A stretch of 64,000 nt of DNA from an uncultured Clostridia bacterium (GCA_930990975.1 CAKNRR010000002.1:204-64203); one strand, 5' to 3'; numbered from the stretch's first letter, positions 1-9,487 are shown. Notes: generated from the sequence alone by a model not told the origin. Numbers and translations are program-made.

Positions 1-200
1 TTATGTCAAGAAAAAATGAAAAATTTTTTTAAAAATTTTATAATTTTTATTAAAACATGTATAAACAAAAAATATTATCTTTTGTTTATAAACTATAATA
101 TGAAAATAACCATATAAATGCGTCAAATGAATAATTAAAGTCGATACAATAAGCTCATATAGCTTGAAGAAATCAAAATAGTTGTGTTATAATAATTTAT

Positions 201-929
201 ATGAAAGAAAAAATGTGGAATCCTTGGCATGGATGTCATAAATATAGCGAAGGTTGTTTAAATTGTTATATGTTCAAGTTTGATAAAGAGCGTGATATTG
301 ATTCTAACATAGTCTATAAAACAAAGGACTATACGATGCCAATTAAGAAAGATAGGGAAGGATTGTATAAGCTCAAATCTGACTCATGTGTAAATGTGTG
401 TCTGACATCTGACTTTTTTATAGAGGAGGCTGATGAATGGCGAAAAGATGTTTGGAAGATGATGAAGTTTCGTAGCGATGTAAAATTTATTCTTTTCACT
501 AAAAGAGCAAATCGAATAAAATCTTGCTTGCCAGAAGACTGGGGAGATGGTTATCCTAATGTTGGTATAGCTTTAACAGTTGAAAATCAAAAGCGAATTG
601 ATGAGCGCATGCCACTGTTTTTGGAAATAAAAGCTTCTTATAAGATAGCTTTAGTCTCTCCGATGTTAGAAAAGGTAAACATAGAGAAATATATAGAATC
701 AAGCCAAATAGATGAAGTTTCATGCAGCGGTGAAAACTATAACAATGCACGCCCATGTGACTATGAATGGGTGAAAGATTTGTCTGAGCAGTGTAAAAGA
801 AATAATGTTACATTTAAATTTTTTCATACAGGTTCTAATTTTATAAAAAACGGGAAAATCTATCACATTCCATATAATAAAGGAAAAGAACAAGCCCGAA
901 AGGCATATTTAGATTATAAATCAACTTAA
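201..929 (+). CDS. DUF5131 / phage Gp37-Gp68 family protein (three-Cys motif)
   Basis: N-terminus WNPWHGCHKYSEGCLNCY fits the WNPxxGC-x6-C-x2-C signature and the ~240-aa size of the Gp37/Gp68 (DUF5131) family. Assignment is from motif memory only. Confidence 0.65.
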   Translation: MKEKMWNPWHGCHKYSEGCLNCYMFKFDKERDIDSNIVYKTKDYTMPIKKDREGLYKLKSDSCVNVCLTSDFFIEEADEWRKDVWKMMKFRSDVKFILFTKRANRIKSCLPEDWGDGYPNVGIALTVENQKRIDERMPLFLEIKASYKIALVSPMLEKVNIEKYIESSQIDEVSCSGENYNNARPCDYEWVKDLSEQCKRNNVTFKFFHTGSNFIKNGKIYHIPYNKGKEQARKAYLDYKST

Positions 930-1006
930 TTGTTCATAAGCATTAAAGTTCGCTTAAATATTAGCGAGTTTTTGTTAAAATAATTAAAATATGCCGTCAT
1001 TTTTAC

Positions 1007-1034
1007 TTGGCCGGGGGGGGGAGAATGATATAAT
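1007..1034 (+). promoter_or_regulatory. Putative sigma-A-type promoter (TTGGCC / TGaTATAAT) whose spacer is mostly a poly-G tract
   Basis: TTGgcc at ~1007-1012, G run at ~1013-1021, extended -10 TGaTATAAT at ~1026-1034. A GAGGTG RBS (~1051) and TTG start at 1062 follow. Confidence 0.4.
1013..1021. repeat. Homopolymeric G tract (about 9 G)
   Basis: ccGGGGGGGGGag read directly. No other G/C run of comparable length was seen in this AT-rich window. Confidence 0.85.
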
Positions 1035-1061
1035 AATTTTATAATATTTTGAGGTGTAAAA

Positions 1062-3806
1062 TTGAAAAATAAAATAAATGAAAAATTTTTATTAAAGTTA
1101 TTAACATTTATTGTATTTTGTTTCTGTTTAGTAGCAGGAATTTGTTTCTTAGGGAATGATAATTTTCAATTTGATAATACAAGCGCATCGGAAGTTTATG
1201 CAAATATAACAATTAAAGTTCAAGTAAAGCAGCCAGGCTCAAATACATGGAAGAATCAATTATTTCTTAATGATGCCGAAGGCAATGCAGTATATTTTGA
1301 AGGACCGATAGCAAACTTAACAGCAAGTTCTGATGAGGAGTTGTATATAGATGGCGACTAAATAGAGGGATCTAGTGTAAAAAATAAAAGCTATTCAGTG
1401 GAAAGTTCGCTTACTATAAATTTACGAGCACGTAGATGGTCTTTTTTAGACACAAATCTTACTTACAGCGTAGTGGTATCTGCACCTGAAGGTAATCAAG
1501 ATAATAATCTTGAGTATATGGAAGTAGGATATATGGCAGATAGCAAAAATGGGAACTCAATTTCTGATTCTATTGAGGGTTCTGGTAATACAAATAATCA
1601 TACGCTTGAAGTTAATTATAGACCATTAACTCATAAAACAGATTTTTATAATGATTCTACACTTTTAGAAACTATTACTCAAGAAAATTTTGCACATTGG
1701 GTTTTCCCTTCAGAAAATCCGACTAAAACAGGGTATACATTTGATTATTGGTATTTTAGTGCGAAATTAAATTCAAAATCCGTAGTGAAAATGCTAAAAA
1801 ATACACTTGGAACCAACAGAAAAGTTGAAGCTCGTTGGAAAGCCAATACATATACAGTGAAATTTAATGGTAATGGAAGTACAAGCGGAAGGATGAGTGA
1901 TCAAAGTTTCACATATGATACTGCACAAAAATTAACAACAAACGCATTCAAAAAGACGGAATATAACTTTTCAGGTTGGGCAACATCTTCAAGTGGAGGG
2001 GTGTCATATAGTGACGGTCAAAGTGTATCAAATCTTACATCAACAAATGGTGGAGTAATAAACCTTTATGCAGTGTGGAAGCCAAACATATATACAATAA
2101 CTTTAGATAGACAAGGGGCGACAAATGGGTCAAGTTCCGTTACAGCAACATATGGGAGTGTAATGCCATCAATAAGTGTTCCAACAAAGACAGGATACAC
2201 ATTCCAAGGCTATTATACAAGTACAAATGGAGGAGGGACAAAATATTACAATTCCAATGGAACGAGTGCAAGAAATTATGATATAGCGAATAGTACAATC
2301 TTCTACGCCTATTGGACACCAATAAGTTATAGTATAAACTTTGACATAGGTAATAATGGTTCATGGCCAAGTTCATCACCAACAAACAATACTCAATATG
2401 ACACGGCATTAAATGTACCAAACCCTAAATCACCAACAGGCTATACTTTCTCAGGTTGGACAGCAAGTGGCAGCAATTTTAATTCAACAACAGCAAGAAT
2501 AGGGACAAGCACAAACAACTGTAATACTACATGGAATGGGACAACAAAGACAAAGAATACATATTTTAAAAACCTATCATCAACCAATAGTGGGAAAGTA
2601 ACAATGACAGCCAATTATACAGCCAATAGTTACACAGTGAGATTCAATCCAAATGGAGGAACAGTATCACAAACGACAAAGAGTGTAACCTATGACAGCA
2701 CCTATGGAACACTACCAACACCAACAAGGACAGGATATAAATTTACAGGCTGGACACTGAATGGAACAACAATAAGCTCAACAACAAAAGTTCAGACAGC
2801 AAGTAATCATACATTGATAGCGCAATGGGAAGCAAATGAATATACAGTAACCTTTGACCCAAATGGCCAAGGAGGGACAGTAAGTCCAACAACCAAGACA
2901 GTAACCTATGATAGCACCTATGGAGATTTACCAACTCCAACAAGAGCAGGATATATATTTATTGGCTGGTATACAAGTGATAATGGAGGAAGCCATGTAT
3001 TATCAAATACAACAGTAAAGACAGCAAACAATCACTTACTTTATGCCCACTGGCAAGATACATGGGCAAACCATACAGAAGCACCAAGCCTAAGAGTGCC
3101 AAGTAATCCAAACAATGCAAGCAATCCATACATAATCGACACACCAGGGAATTTAGCATGGCTAGCAATGCAAGCACAGATAAAACACTTTAGTGGATAT
3201 TTTGAACAAACAACAAATATAGACTTAAGCGGACATAAATGGCTCCCAATAGGCACAAACACATATTCATTCAAAGGTTTCTATGATGGAAAGGGATATG
3301 CAATCACAGGGCTAGAAACTGCTCCAACAACAAATGTATCCAACTCAACCTCAGTCAACTCCTATGTAGGATTATTTGGGAATACCAACGGAGCAAAACT
3401 TAATAACATTTATATTAAAGGTGCAGACATAAAAGGTCATACAAATGTAGGTGGAATAGTAGGTTATGCCAGCGGTTCAACAGTGCTTACAAGCTGTGGT
3501 TTCAGTGGAACAATATCAGCCCAAGCAAATAGCGGAGCATTGATAGGGAACTCAGCTTCAACCACAGTGCAGATGACAGATTGCATAGTTTTCTCAGCAA
3601 ATGTAGACAAGCTTAACTCAGGCTCAGCAACCACGACAAGCACAGTTTATGTACTTAATGGAAAGAAAGGCTATATAGGCTCAAGCTTTACAAACTGGGT
3701 ATTTGTAAGCGGGATGCCATATCCAGTGCCAAAAGGATTGTCTTGGCTTGCACAAGGAGGCGAACAGGCTACTCTAACCGATATACAAAATTGGGTAAAT
3801 AGTTGA
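1062..3806 (+). pseudogene. Large secreted/surface repeat protein (signal anchor, six Listeria-Bacteroides B-repeats, GLUG-like C-domain) split by one in-frame TAA at 1359-1361
   Basis: Track ORFs 1062..1361 and 1398..3806 share a frame (starts differ by 336 nt). Only one stop plus 12 sense codons lie between them. The hydrophobic signal/anchor LLKLLTFIVFCFCLVAGICFLG is only on the 99-aa piece. The 802-aa piece has no signal peptide and no SD before its GTG. Confidence 0.6.
1629..3060 (+). repeat. Six tandem ~70-aa Listeria-Bacteroides repeat (InlB B-repeat / Flg_new-like) modules, coding
   Basis: Recurrent module ...YTVxFNxNGG...[19 protein letters not shown]...W: [58 protein letters not shown]. 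The last two modules are also similar at DNA level. Confidence 0.7.
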
Positions 3807-3960
3807 TTAAAGATTATTGAAAGTATATATTTTAAAAAGTAATAACTGAGTTTTATCAAAAATAATTGTATGCTAAAATAAACAATTTTGAGTTTTAAAA
3901 GATTTATTATTTTTATATAAATAAATCTAAAAATTAATAATTTGAATGGTCAAAAGGAAA

Positions 3961-3992
3961 AAGGAACAAGATTACGCTTGTTCCTTTTTTTG
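3961..3992 (+). terminator. Rho-independent terminator after the surface-protein gene
   Basis: AGGAACAAG-attacg-CTTGTTCCT followed by a T run. Confidence 0.8.
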
Positions 3993-4108
3993 TTAATTTT
4001 ATTTCTCTTAAAAATCTAAATATAATGATTTTTTCGATAAAACCTCCAAAAATTCTTAAGAACGAATGTGTTATATTGATAATGAGAAAACGAGGAGGTG
4101 AAGAAATA

Positions 4109-4417
4109 ATGCATATAAAAAGTAAACTTTATAACAAAACATTATATGTATTGTTGTGTGGTGAGTTGGATGAGCATTCGGCAACACATGTAAGAATGAC
4201 ATTGGATAATATTTTTTCAAATGGCAACTTTAATCAAATAATTATAGACTTGTCAGAGTTGGAGTTTATGGATAGCACAGGTATAGGGGTGCTTATAGGA
4301 AGATACAAGAGGATGAAGAATAGGAATATACCAATTTTTATTTGTAATCCCTCAAAGCATGCAGAAAAGATTTTTAAAATGACAGGGCTATATGAAATTA
4401 TGCCTAAAATTGTATAA
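4109..4417 (+). CDS. spoIIAA: Anti-sigma F factor antagonist SpoIIAA (STAS domain)
   Basis: STAS pattern DLSELEFMDSTGIGVLIGR. First gene of the spoIIAA-spoIIAB-sigF triad. Start moved to ATG 4109 behind GAGGAGG, because the track start 4025 adds an unlikely extension. Confidence 0.85.
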   Translation: MHIKSKLYNKTLYVLLCGELDEHSATHVRMTLDNIFSNGNFNQIIIDLSELEFMDSTGIGVLIGRYKRMKNRNIPIFICNPSKHAEKIFKMTGLYEIMPKIV

Positions 4418-4427
4418 GGAGAGATGA

Positions 4428-4877
4428 ATGAAAACAAATAATTTTATGGAAGTAACATTTAAAGCTATATCAATAAATGAAAGTTTTGCACGATTGTGCG
4501 TTGCGGGCTTTTGTATTCAGTTAAATCCTTCTATAGATGAAATAGGGGATATAAAGACTGCAGTGTCAGAGGCAGTAACAAATTGTGTTGTTCATGCCTA
4601 TCCAAAACATAATGGAACGATAACACTTAGATGCGAAATTGAAAATGATATTATAAAAATTGTTGTAAAAGATCAAGGAATAGGAATTAAAGATATAGAC
4701 AAAGCAAGAGAGCCTTTTTATACAACAAAGCCGAGTGAAGAACGAAGTGGAATGGGTTTTTCAGTGATGGAAAGCTTTATGGATAAAGTTGAAGTCGAGC
4801 ATAATGGCGATAAGGGGCTTGTTGTCACTATGTATAAGCAAATTATTTCAAGTGAAAAGCAGGTGGGAAATGCTTGA
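4428..4877 (+). CDS. spoIIAB: Anti-sigma F factor / serine kinase SpoIIAB
   Basis: HATPase_c-type motifs EAVTNCVVHAY, DQGIGI, ERSGMGF. Size and position match. Confidence 0.9.
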   Translation: MKTNNFMEVTFKAISINESFARLCVAGFCIQLNPSIDEIGDIKTAVSEAVTNCVVHAYPKHNGTITLRCEIENDIIKIVVKDQGIGIKDIDKAREPFYTTKPSEERSGMGFSVMESFMDKVEVEHNGDKGLVVTMYKQIISSEKQVGNA

Positions 4878-5592
4878 TAATGAGCTTATATTGCTTTTAG
4901 TCAAAAAAGCTCAAAGTGGAGATCAAGAAGCTAAGACAAAATTGATAGAAGAGAATTCGCCATTGATAAAAAGTATTTTGAAGCGATTTAAAGATAAGGG
5001 GGTAGAATATGAAGACTTATACCAAATTGGTTGTATAGGTTTTCTTAAAGCTATCAAGAATTTTGATCCAAGCTTTAATGTCAAATTCTCAACTTATGTA
5101 GTGCCTATGGTAATAGGCGAGATAAAGCGTTTCATGAGAGATGATGGTTCAATAAAGGTTTCAAGGGCGCTTAAGTCGTTAAATTTGCAAATAAACAAAT
5201 ATATAGAAAATGTTTTGTCAAAACAGCAATCAAAGCCCACAATAGAAGAGCTGGCTAAACATTTCAATGTAGAGGAACAAGAGATTGTTATGGCGATGGA
5301 TTCGGCTAAAATGCCTGTTTCAATTTATGCAAAGATAGAAGACGATAGTGATTCAGCAAGCATTATAGATAGAATTGAATCTGAAGAAGATTATAATGAA
5401 AAGATGGTTGATAATATAGCATTGCGAGAAGTTGTAAAAAAGCTTGATGAGAGGGATAGAAAAATAATTTTGCTAAGATATTATTTTGACCGTACTCAAA
5501 GTGAGATTGCAAAAGAATTGAAAATATCACAAGTGCAGGTTTCTAGGTTAGAGAGCAAAATACTTGATAATTTAAAATCTAAGTTGTTATAA
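4870..5592 (+). CDS. sigF: Sporulation sigma factor SigF
   Basis: Sigma-70 regions 2-4: YEDLYQIGCIGFLKAIKNFD, FSTYVVPMVIGEIKRFMRDD, HTH TQSEIAKELKISQVQVSRLE. ATG 4870 overlaps the spoIIAB stop. Track start 4789 is an in-frame upstream extension. Confidence 0.85.
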   Translation: MLDNELILLLVKKAQSGDQEAKTKLIEENSPLIKSILKRFKDKGVEYEDLYQIGCIGFLKAIKNFDPSFNVKFSTYVVPMVIGEIKRFMRDDGSIKVSRALKSLNLQINKYIENVLSKQQSKPTIEELAKHFNVEEQEIVMAMDSAKMPVSIYAKIEDDSDSASIIDRIESEEDYNEKMVDNIALREVVKKLDERDRKIILLRYYFDRTQSEIAKELKISQVQVSRLESKILDNLKSKLL

Positions 5593-5656
5593 CACATTAT
5601 ATAGTATATTGTCTATCATAAATAATACCATATATAAACATTAAATAGGATATTAT

Positions 5657-5689
5657 AAAACCCCTTATTTGTTTTAAGGGGTTGTTTTT
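5657..5689. terminator. Bidirectional terminator between convergent sigF and the lipoprotein gene
   Basis: AAAACCCCTTA-tttgtt-TTAAGGGGTT flanked by an A run and a T run. Confidence 0.7.
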
Positions 5690-5690
5690 G

Positions 5691-7355
5691 TTAATTATAA
5701 AATTTAATTTTATCCATTTTGCCTATAGTTTTTTTATTTGATTGCTCCTTTGAGTTGTTGTCTTTGATTTTATTAAAAGCTATATTGAGTTTGGTTTCAG
5801 AGCTTTTTAAAGAATCTGATTTTATATTTTGATTTGCGCTATTGTTGAGCAAATTGATGCGGAGCTTTTGATCTTTGTTGTTTTCATTTGATAATTTATT
5901 ATTGTCGATGTTTTTGTTGGGTTCGACAATGTTTTTGTTGATAGAAGATTGTGGATTGCTGTCATCTTTTTTGATGATATGCTTAATTAAATTGCTGGCA
6001 TTTTTACTTGTTTCTGCTAGATTACTCCCTCTGTTTTTATGTTTGATATTTTGATTTTTTGGACTGTCTTTTATATTGTCTTTGATCTGATTTTTTGCAG
6101 AGTCCTGTTCAATATTTTGCTTTTCATTATTATTTTGAACAGGTTGATTTTCTAAATTGATTGTGTTTATATAGGCGCCATCAAACTGATTCCCGTTATT
6201 GTAACCATTATTATAATTGTACGGCATATATCTATAGGTGTCAATATTTCTGTTTAACGGATAAAATGAATCGGTATTCCTGTTTGGATTAAATCTTCTA
6301 TTTAAATTGTTTGGATAATATTGATTGTTGTAAGGGTAATTATAAGGATTGAATCTTTGGTTGTTATAGGTCCAATTATTATAATTGCGATTTCTGTAAT
6401 TTTGATAATTATTTGTTAGATTGTTGTTTTGATAGTTGTTTCCTGTATAGTTGTTTTTTGTATATTCATAATTGTAATCAAGTTGTTTGTTTTGGGCTTT
6501 GTTTGTGCTTTGGTCTTTGTTTAAATAAGTGTCGATATTAGATTTTATTCCTGTGTTATTTTTTGTGTCGTTGTTTTCATTATTATTTAAAGTGTTTAAA
6601 TTATTGTTATTTTCATTAAGGTTGTTTGTGTCTTGGTTTTGGTATTGTGGATAATAATTCCAGTCTATGTTTTGCCCATTATTAAAGTTATTGTAGTTAT
6701 TGTAATTGTTGAAATTGTTGTAATTATTGTTAGCGATATTCTCGTTATTTGGTGTATTACTTGTTTGATTTTGTGACGAGTACAATAAATTAGCAACTTC
6801 ACTCATTGTGTTTAAAAGATTATTCAAATATGCCTTTCTTTCGTTCATGATATTAAAAAGTGATTGATAGGCACTTGTCGCTTTTTCGGCACTTAGAGAT
6901 TTTCCTTGAGTGTATTTTTTGATTTGTTTGACATAATTGTCGACATCAGATTTTGAATCACTGATATAATCAGTGTATTTGTCAATGTCGCTTGTCAAAT
7001 TATTCAAAGCTGTTACGGTATCTTTATTTAATTTATATTTTGTTTTGTTTGATTTTAAATAGCTTGACATTGATAAAATGTCTTGTCTAAGATATTCTTC
7101 TTCTAGCATTGTTCTGTATGACAATGATTTTAAATCTTGCAGTTTATTTGCATAGTTGTCGTCGCCGTTTGCGTTGTAAGTGTTTAAATAGCTTACCTGA
7201 GATATTTCATTGTCATCTACTGTATTTACGACATCAGTGGTTTTGTCTAGTTGAGAATTCAAGTTCTTGACAGCTTGAGAGCTGTCATTTGATGAGCAGC
7301 CAGCTAGTGTCAAACAGGACAATAAACATATTGACGAAATAATAACTTTTTTCAT
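5691..7355 (-). CDS. Lipoprotein with very long Asn/Tyr/Gln-rich low-complexity region
   Basis: Signal peptide plus lipobox (CLTLAGC-SS). The structured N-domain is ~190 aa. Several hundred residues dominated by N, Y and Q follow (NNYNNFNNYNNYNNFNNGQN...). Confidence 0.6.
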   Translation of the reverse strand: MKKVIISSICLLSCLTLAGCSSNDSSQAVKNLNSQLDKTTDVVNTVDDNEISQVSYLNTYNANGDDNYANKLQDLKSLSYRTMLEEEYLRQDILSMSSYLKSNKTKYKLNKDTVTALNNLTSDIDKYTDYISDSKSDVDNYVKQIKKYTQGKSLSAEKATSAYQSLFNIMNERKAYLNNLLNTMSEVANLLYSSQNQTSNTPNNENIANNNYNNFNNYNNYNNFNNGQNIDWNYYPQYQNQDTNNLNENNNNLNTLNNNENNDTKNNTGIKSNIDTYLNKDQSTNKAQNKQLDYNYEYTKNNYTGNNYQNNNLTNNYQNYRNRNYNNWTYNNQRFNPYNYPYNNQYYPNNLNRRFNPNRNTDSFYPLNRNIDTYRYMPYNYNNGYNNGNQFDGAYINTINLENQPVQNNNEKQNIEQDSAKNQIKDNIKDSPKNQNIKHKNRGSNLAETSKNASNLIKHIIKKDDSNPQSSINKNIVEPNKNIDNNKLSNENNKDQKLRINLLNNSANQNIKSDSLKSSETKLNIAFNKIKDNNSKEQSNKKTIGKMDKIKFYN

Positions 7356-7488
7356 AGATCCTCCTAATTTTTATTAGTTTGTGCAAGTTAAAGAAAAATA
7401 TACAAAGATATAATTGACTTGTTTGAAGGTTTTGATGTTTAAAATAAATATAAAGAGGGAATAAAAATATTGTACAATAGGAGTTTTC

Positions 7489-7947
7489 ATGGATAATTAT
7501 ATGGACACTAAGAAAAGAAATGAGGCTTATAACCGCTATGTAAAGGCAAAAATACCTCAAACCAAGCCATGGCCAAGCTTATTTAATTCATTTTTGGTTG
7601 GTGGTATAATTTGTTGTATAGGACAAGGAATCAATGATTTGATTTTGCTATGGTTTCCTAATATGGCAGAGCAAAGTGCGTGGGCTTATACGCTCATAGC
7701 ATTAATTTTTATAGCTTCATTTTTGACTGGAATAGGGGTATATGACAAAATAGGTAAATTTGCAGGTGGAGGGTCAATAGTGCCTATTACGGGATTTTCA
7801 AATTCTATAACTTCTCCGGCTATTGAGTTCAAACATGAAGGAATTATTTATGGCATTTGTGTCAAGATGTTTACTATTGCTGGTCCAGTTATTGTGAGTG
7901 GCGTTGTGGCGAGTTTTATAGTTGGTGTTATATACTTATTTATTTAA
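7489..7947 (+). CDS. spoVAC: Stage V sporulation protein AC
   Basis: N-terminus KRNEAYNRYVKAKIPQTKPWPSLFNSFLVGGIICCIGQG plus the multi-TM layout typical of SpoVAC. Lies directly upstream of spoVAD. Confidence 0.85.
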   Translation: MDNYMDTKKRNEAYNRYVKAKIPQTKPWPSLFNSFLVGGIICCIGQGINDLILLWFPNMAEQSAWAYTLIALIFIASFLTGIGVYDKIGKFAGGGSIVPITGFSNSITSPAIEFKHEGIIYGICVKMFTIAGPVIVSGVVASFIVGVIYLFI

Positions 7948-8008
7948 GTTGTTTTTTAAAATGAAGTGCATGCAAAGATAAGGAATAAAGGATTCATATT
8001 TCTAAGGG

Positions 8009-9106
8009 GTGAAAATGTATACAAATCAGACGGTTATTTTTAAACATAAACCTGTTATAATTGGGAGCTTTTCTATTGTTGGACCAAAAGAAGGGAAAGG
8101 TAATTTTGGTCCTTATTTTAATTATGTTATGAAAGATGACTGCTTTGGAGAAAAGAGTTATGAAAAGGCTGAAATGAAGATGCTGAAAACGGCAATTGTA
8201 GGAGCTATTGAAGATGCGAAGATAAAAGCAAGTGATGTTAATTTGTTGCTTGCTGGTGATTTGTTAAATCAAATAATATCCTCGTCTTATGCTGCAAGAG
8301 ATTTTGATTTTGCTTTTTTGGGACTTTTTGGAGCGTGCTCAACTATGGCTGAAAGTATGGCTATTGGGGCGTCGCTGATTGATGGACATGAGTTTGATAC
8401 CGTGGTTTGTTCGACTGGTTCTCATTTCTCAACAGCTGAAAGACAATTCCGTTTTCCTCTAGAGTTAGGCAATCAAAGACCTCCTACATCTCAATGGACA
8501 GTAACAGGGGCTGGAGCATGTGTTTTGTCAAATAAAGGGGTTGGACCGCGAATAACGATGGCGACATTCGGAAAGGTTATTGATTATGGTATCATGGATG
8601 TGAATGATATGGGGGCAGCAATGGCTCCGGCAGCAATGAACACGATGCTTGCTCATTTTAGAGATACAAAAACAACTCCTGACGACTATGATTTGATAGT
8701 GACTGGCGACTTAGGAAAACTTGGTAGTGAAATATTAATAGATTTGATGGAGGACCAAGGGATAAAACTTGGCTTAAATTATAATGATTGTGGGCAAATG
8801 TATTTTACTAGAAACCAAAATACATTGTCAGGAGGAAGTGGATGTGGGTGTAGTGCTACGGTTTTGAATTCGTATATAATAAAGAAGTTGAGGACTGGCG
8901 AGTATAAAAGAGTTTTGTTTATGCCTACAGGGGCTTTAATGTCAACAACTGCAACACAACAAGGGGAAACAATACCTGGAGTATGCCATGCTATTGTATT
9001 GGAATGTGATGAAAGTGTTAAGGATAAAAAAGTAAAAGATGTTACATTGAGTAGGTCTAAAAATAAAAAGATTCTTGAAACGGTTGAAGAAAATAGCCAG
9101 AAATAA
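8009..9106 (+). CDS. spoVAD: Stage V sporulation protein AD (thiolase-like fold), with a Lys-rich C-terminal tail
   Basis: GDLLNQIISSSYAARDF...FLGLFGACSTMAES and GGSGCGCSA motifs characteristic of SpoVAD. The extra tail is ECDESVKDKKVKDV... Confidence 0.85.
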   Translation: MKMYTNQTVIFKHKPVIIGSFSIVGPKEGKGNFGPYFNYVMKDDCFGEKSYEKAEMKMLKTAIVGAIEDAKIKASDVNLLLAGDLLNQIISSSYAARDFDFAFLGLFGACSTMAESMAIGASLIDGHEFDTVVCSTGSHFSTAERQFRFPLELGNQRPPTSQWTVTGAGACVLSNKGVGPRITMATFGKVIDYGIMDVNDMGAAMAPAAMNTMLAHFRDTKTTPDDYDLIVTGDLGKLGSEILIDLMEDQGIKLGLNYNDCGQMYFTRNQNTLSGGSGCGCSATVLNSYIIKKLRTGEYKRVLFMPTGALMSTTATQQGETIPGVCHAIVLECDESVKDKKVKDVTLSRSKNKKILETVEENSQK

Positions 9107-9487
9107 AAACAATTTTCCATATTGGGAGAAACTTGGTAAGTGATATTTGAATAGAATTTTTTGGCTTGAATTTGTTAAAAATGCTCAAAATCTTTATTCA
9201 TATCCTTATTTATAAACAAAACTTAAATAAAAGAAAAACGACAAATACAGTTTGATTCTTACCATTAATCAAACTTGATAATTAAAGGAAAGGATGGAAA
9301 AATGTTTGTTCGACATAAAATTTATGTAGTGGTAACCTATAAAAAGAGATGGGTAGTAAACTGTGAAAAGAAGTGAGCGTGATTATTGGGAATAGAACTT
9401 GTTGTGAAGGTTGATTCATTAAGAATTTGAAAAAAAATGTGAATGCGAAAAGTTTATTTTTATATAAGATAAAATGAAGGAGTGGTT

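Noticed and set aside
1359-1361. Alternative genetic code (TAA reassigned) as the explanation for the in-frame TAA.
   Set aside because: TAA terminates most of the well-supported genes in this window at their expected family lengths, so a global reassignment is not tenable.
4035-4080. Spo0A-box-like words (TTCGATA, AACGAAT) and a GAAT -10-like word upstream of spoIIAA, as a sigma-H/Spo0A promoter.
   Set aside because: Each 0A-like word has mismatches, and no AGGA-type -35 lies at the right distance. There is not enough to call.
4025-4108. N-terminal extensions in the track for spoIIAA (4025), sigF (4789), lysS (25546), rpiB (31897), the desulfurase (24678), recN (48708), serS (53298) and yunB (9977).
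   Set aside because: In each case an internal ATG preceded by a good Shine-Dalgarno sequence gives an N-terminus matching the family. The extension has no homology-like features or overlaps the upstream gene.
6150-6750. AAT/AAC/TAT-rich DNA that at first looks like a microsatellite or degenerate tandem repeat.
   Set aside because: It is in-frame coding low complexity of the Asn/Tyr-rich lipoprotein (minus strand). I could define no fixed repeat unit.
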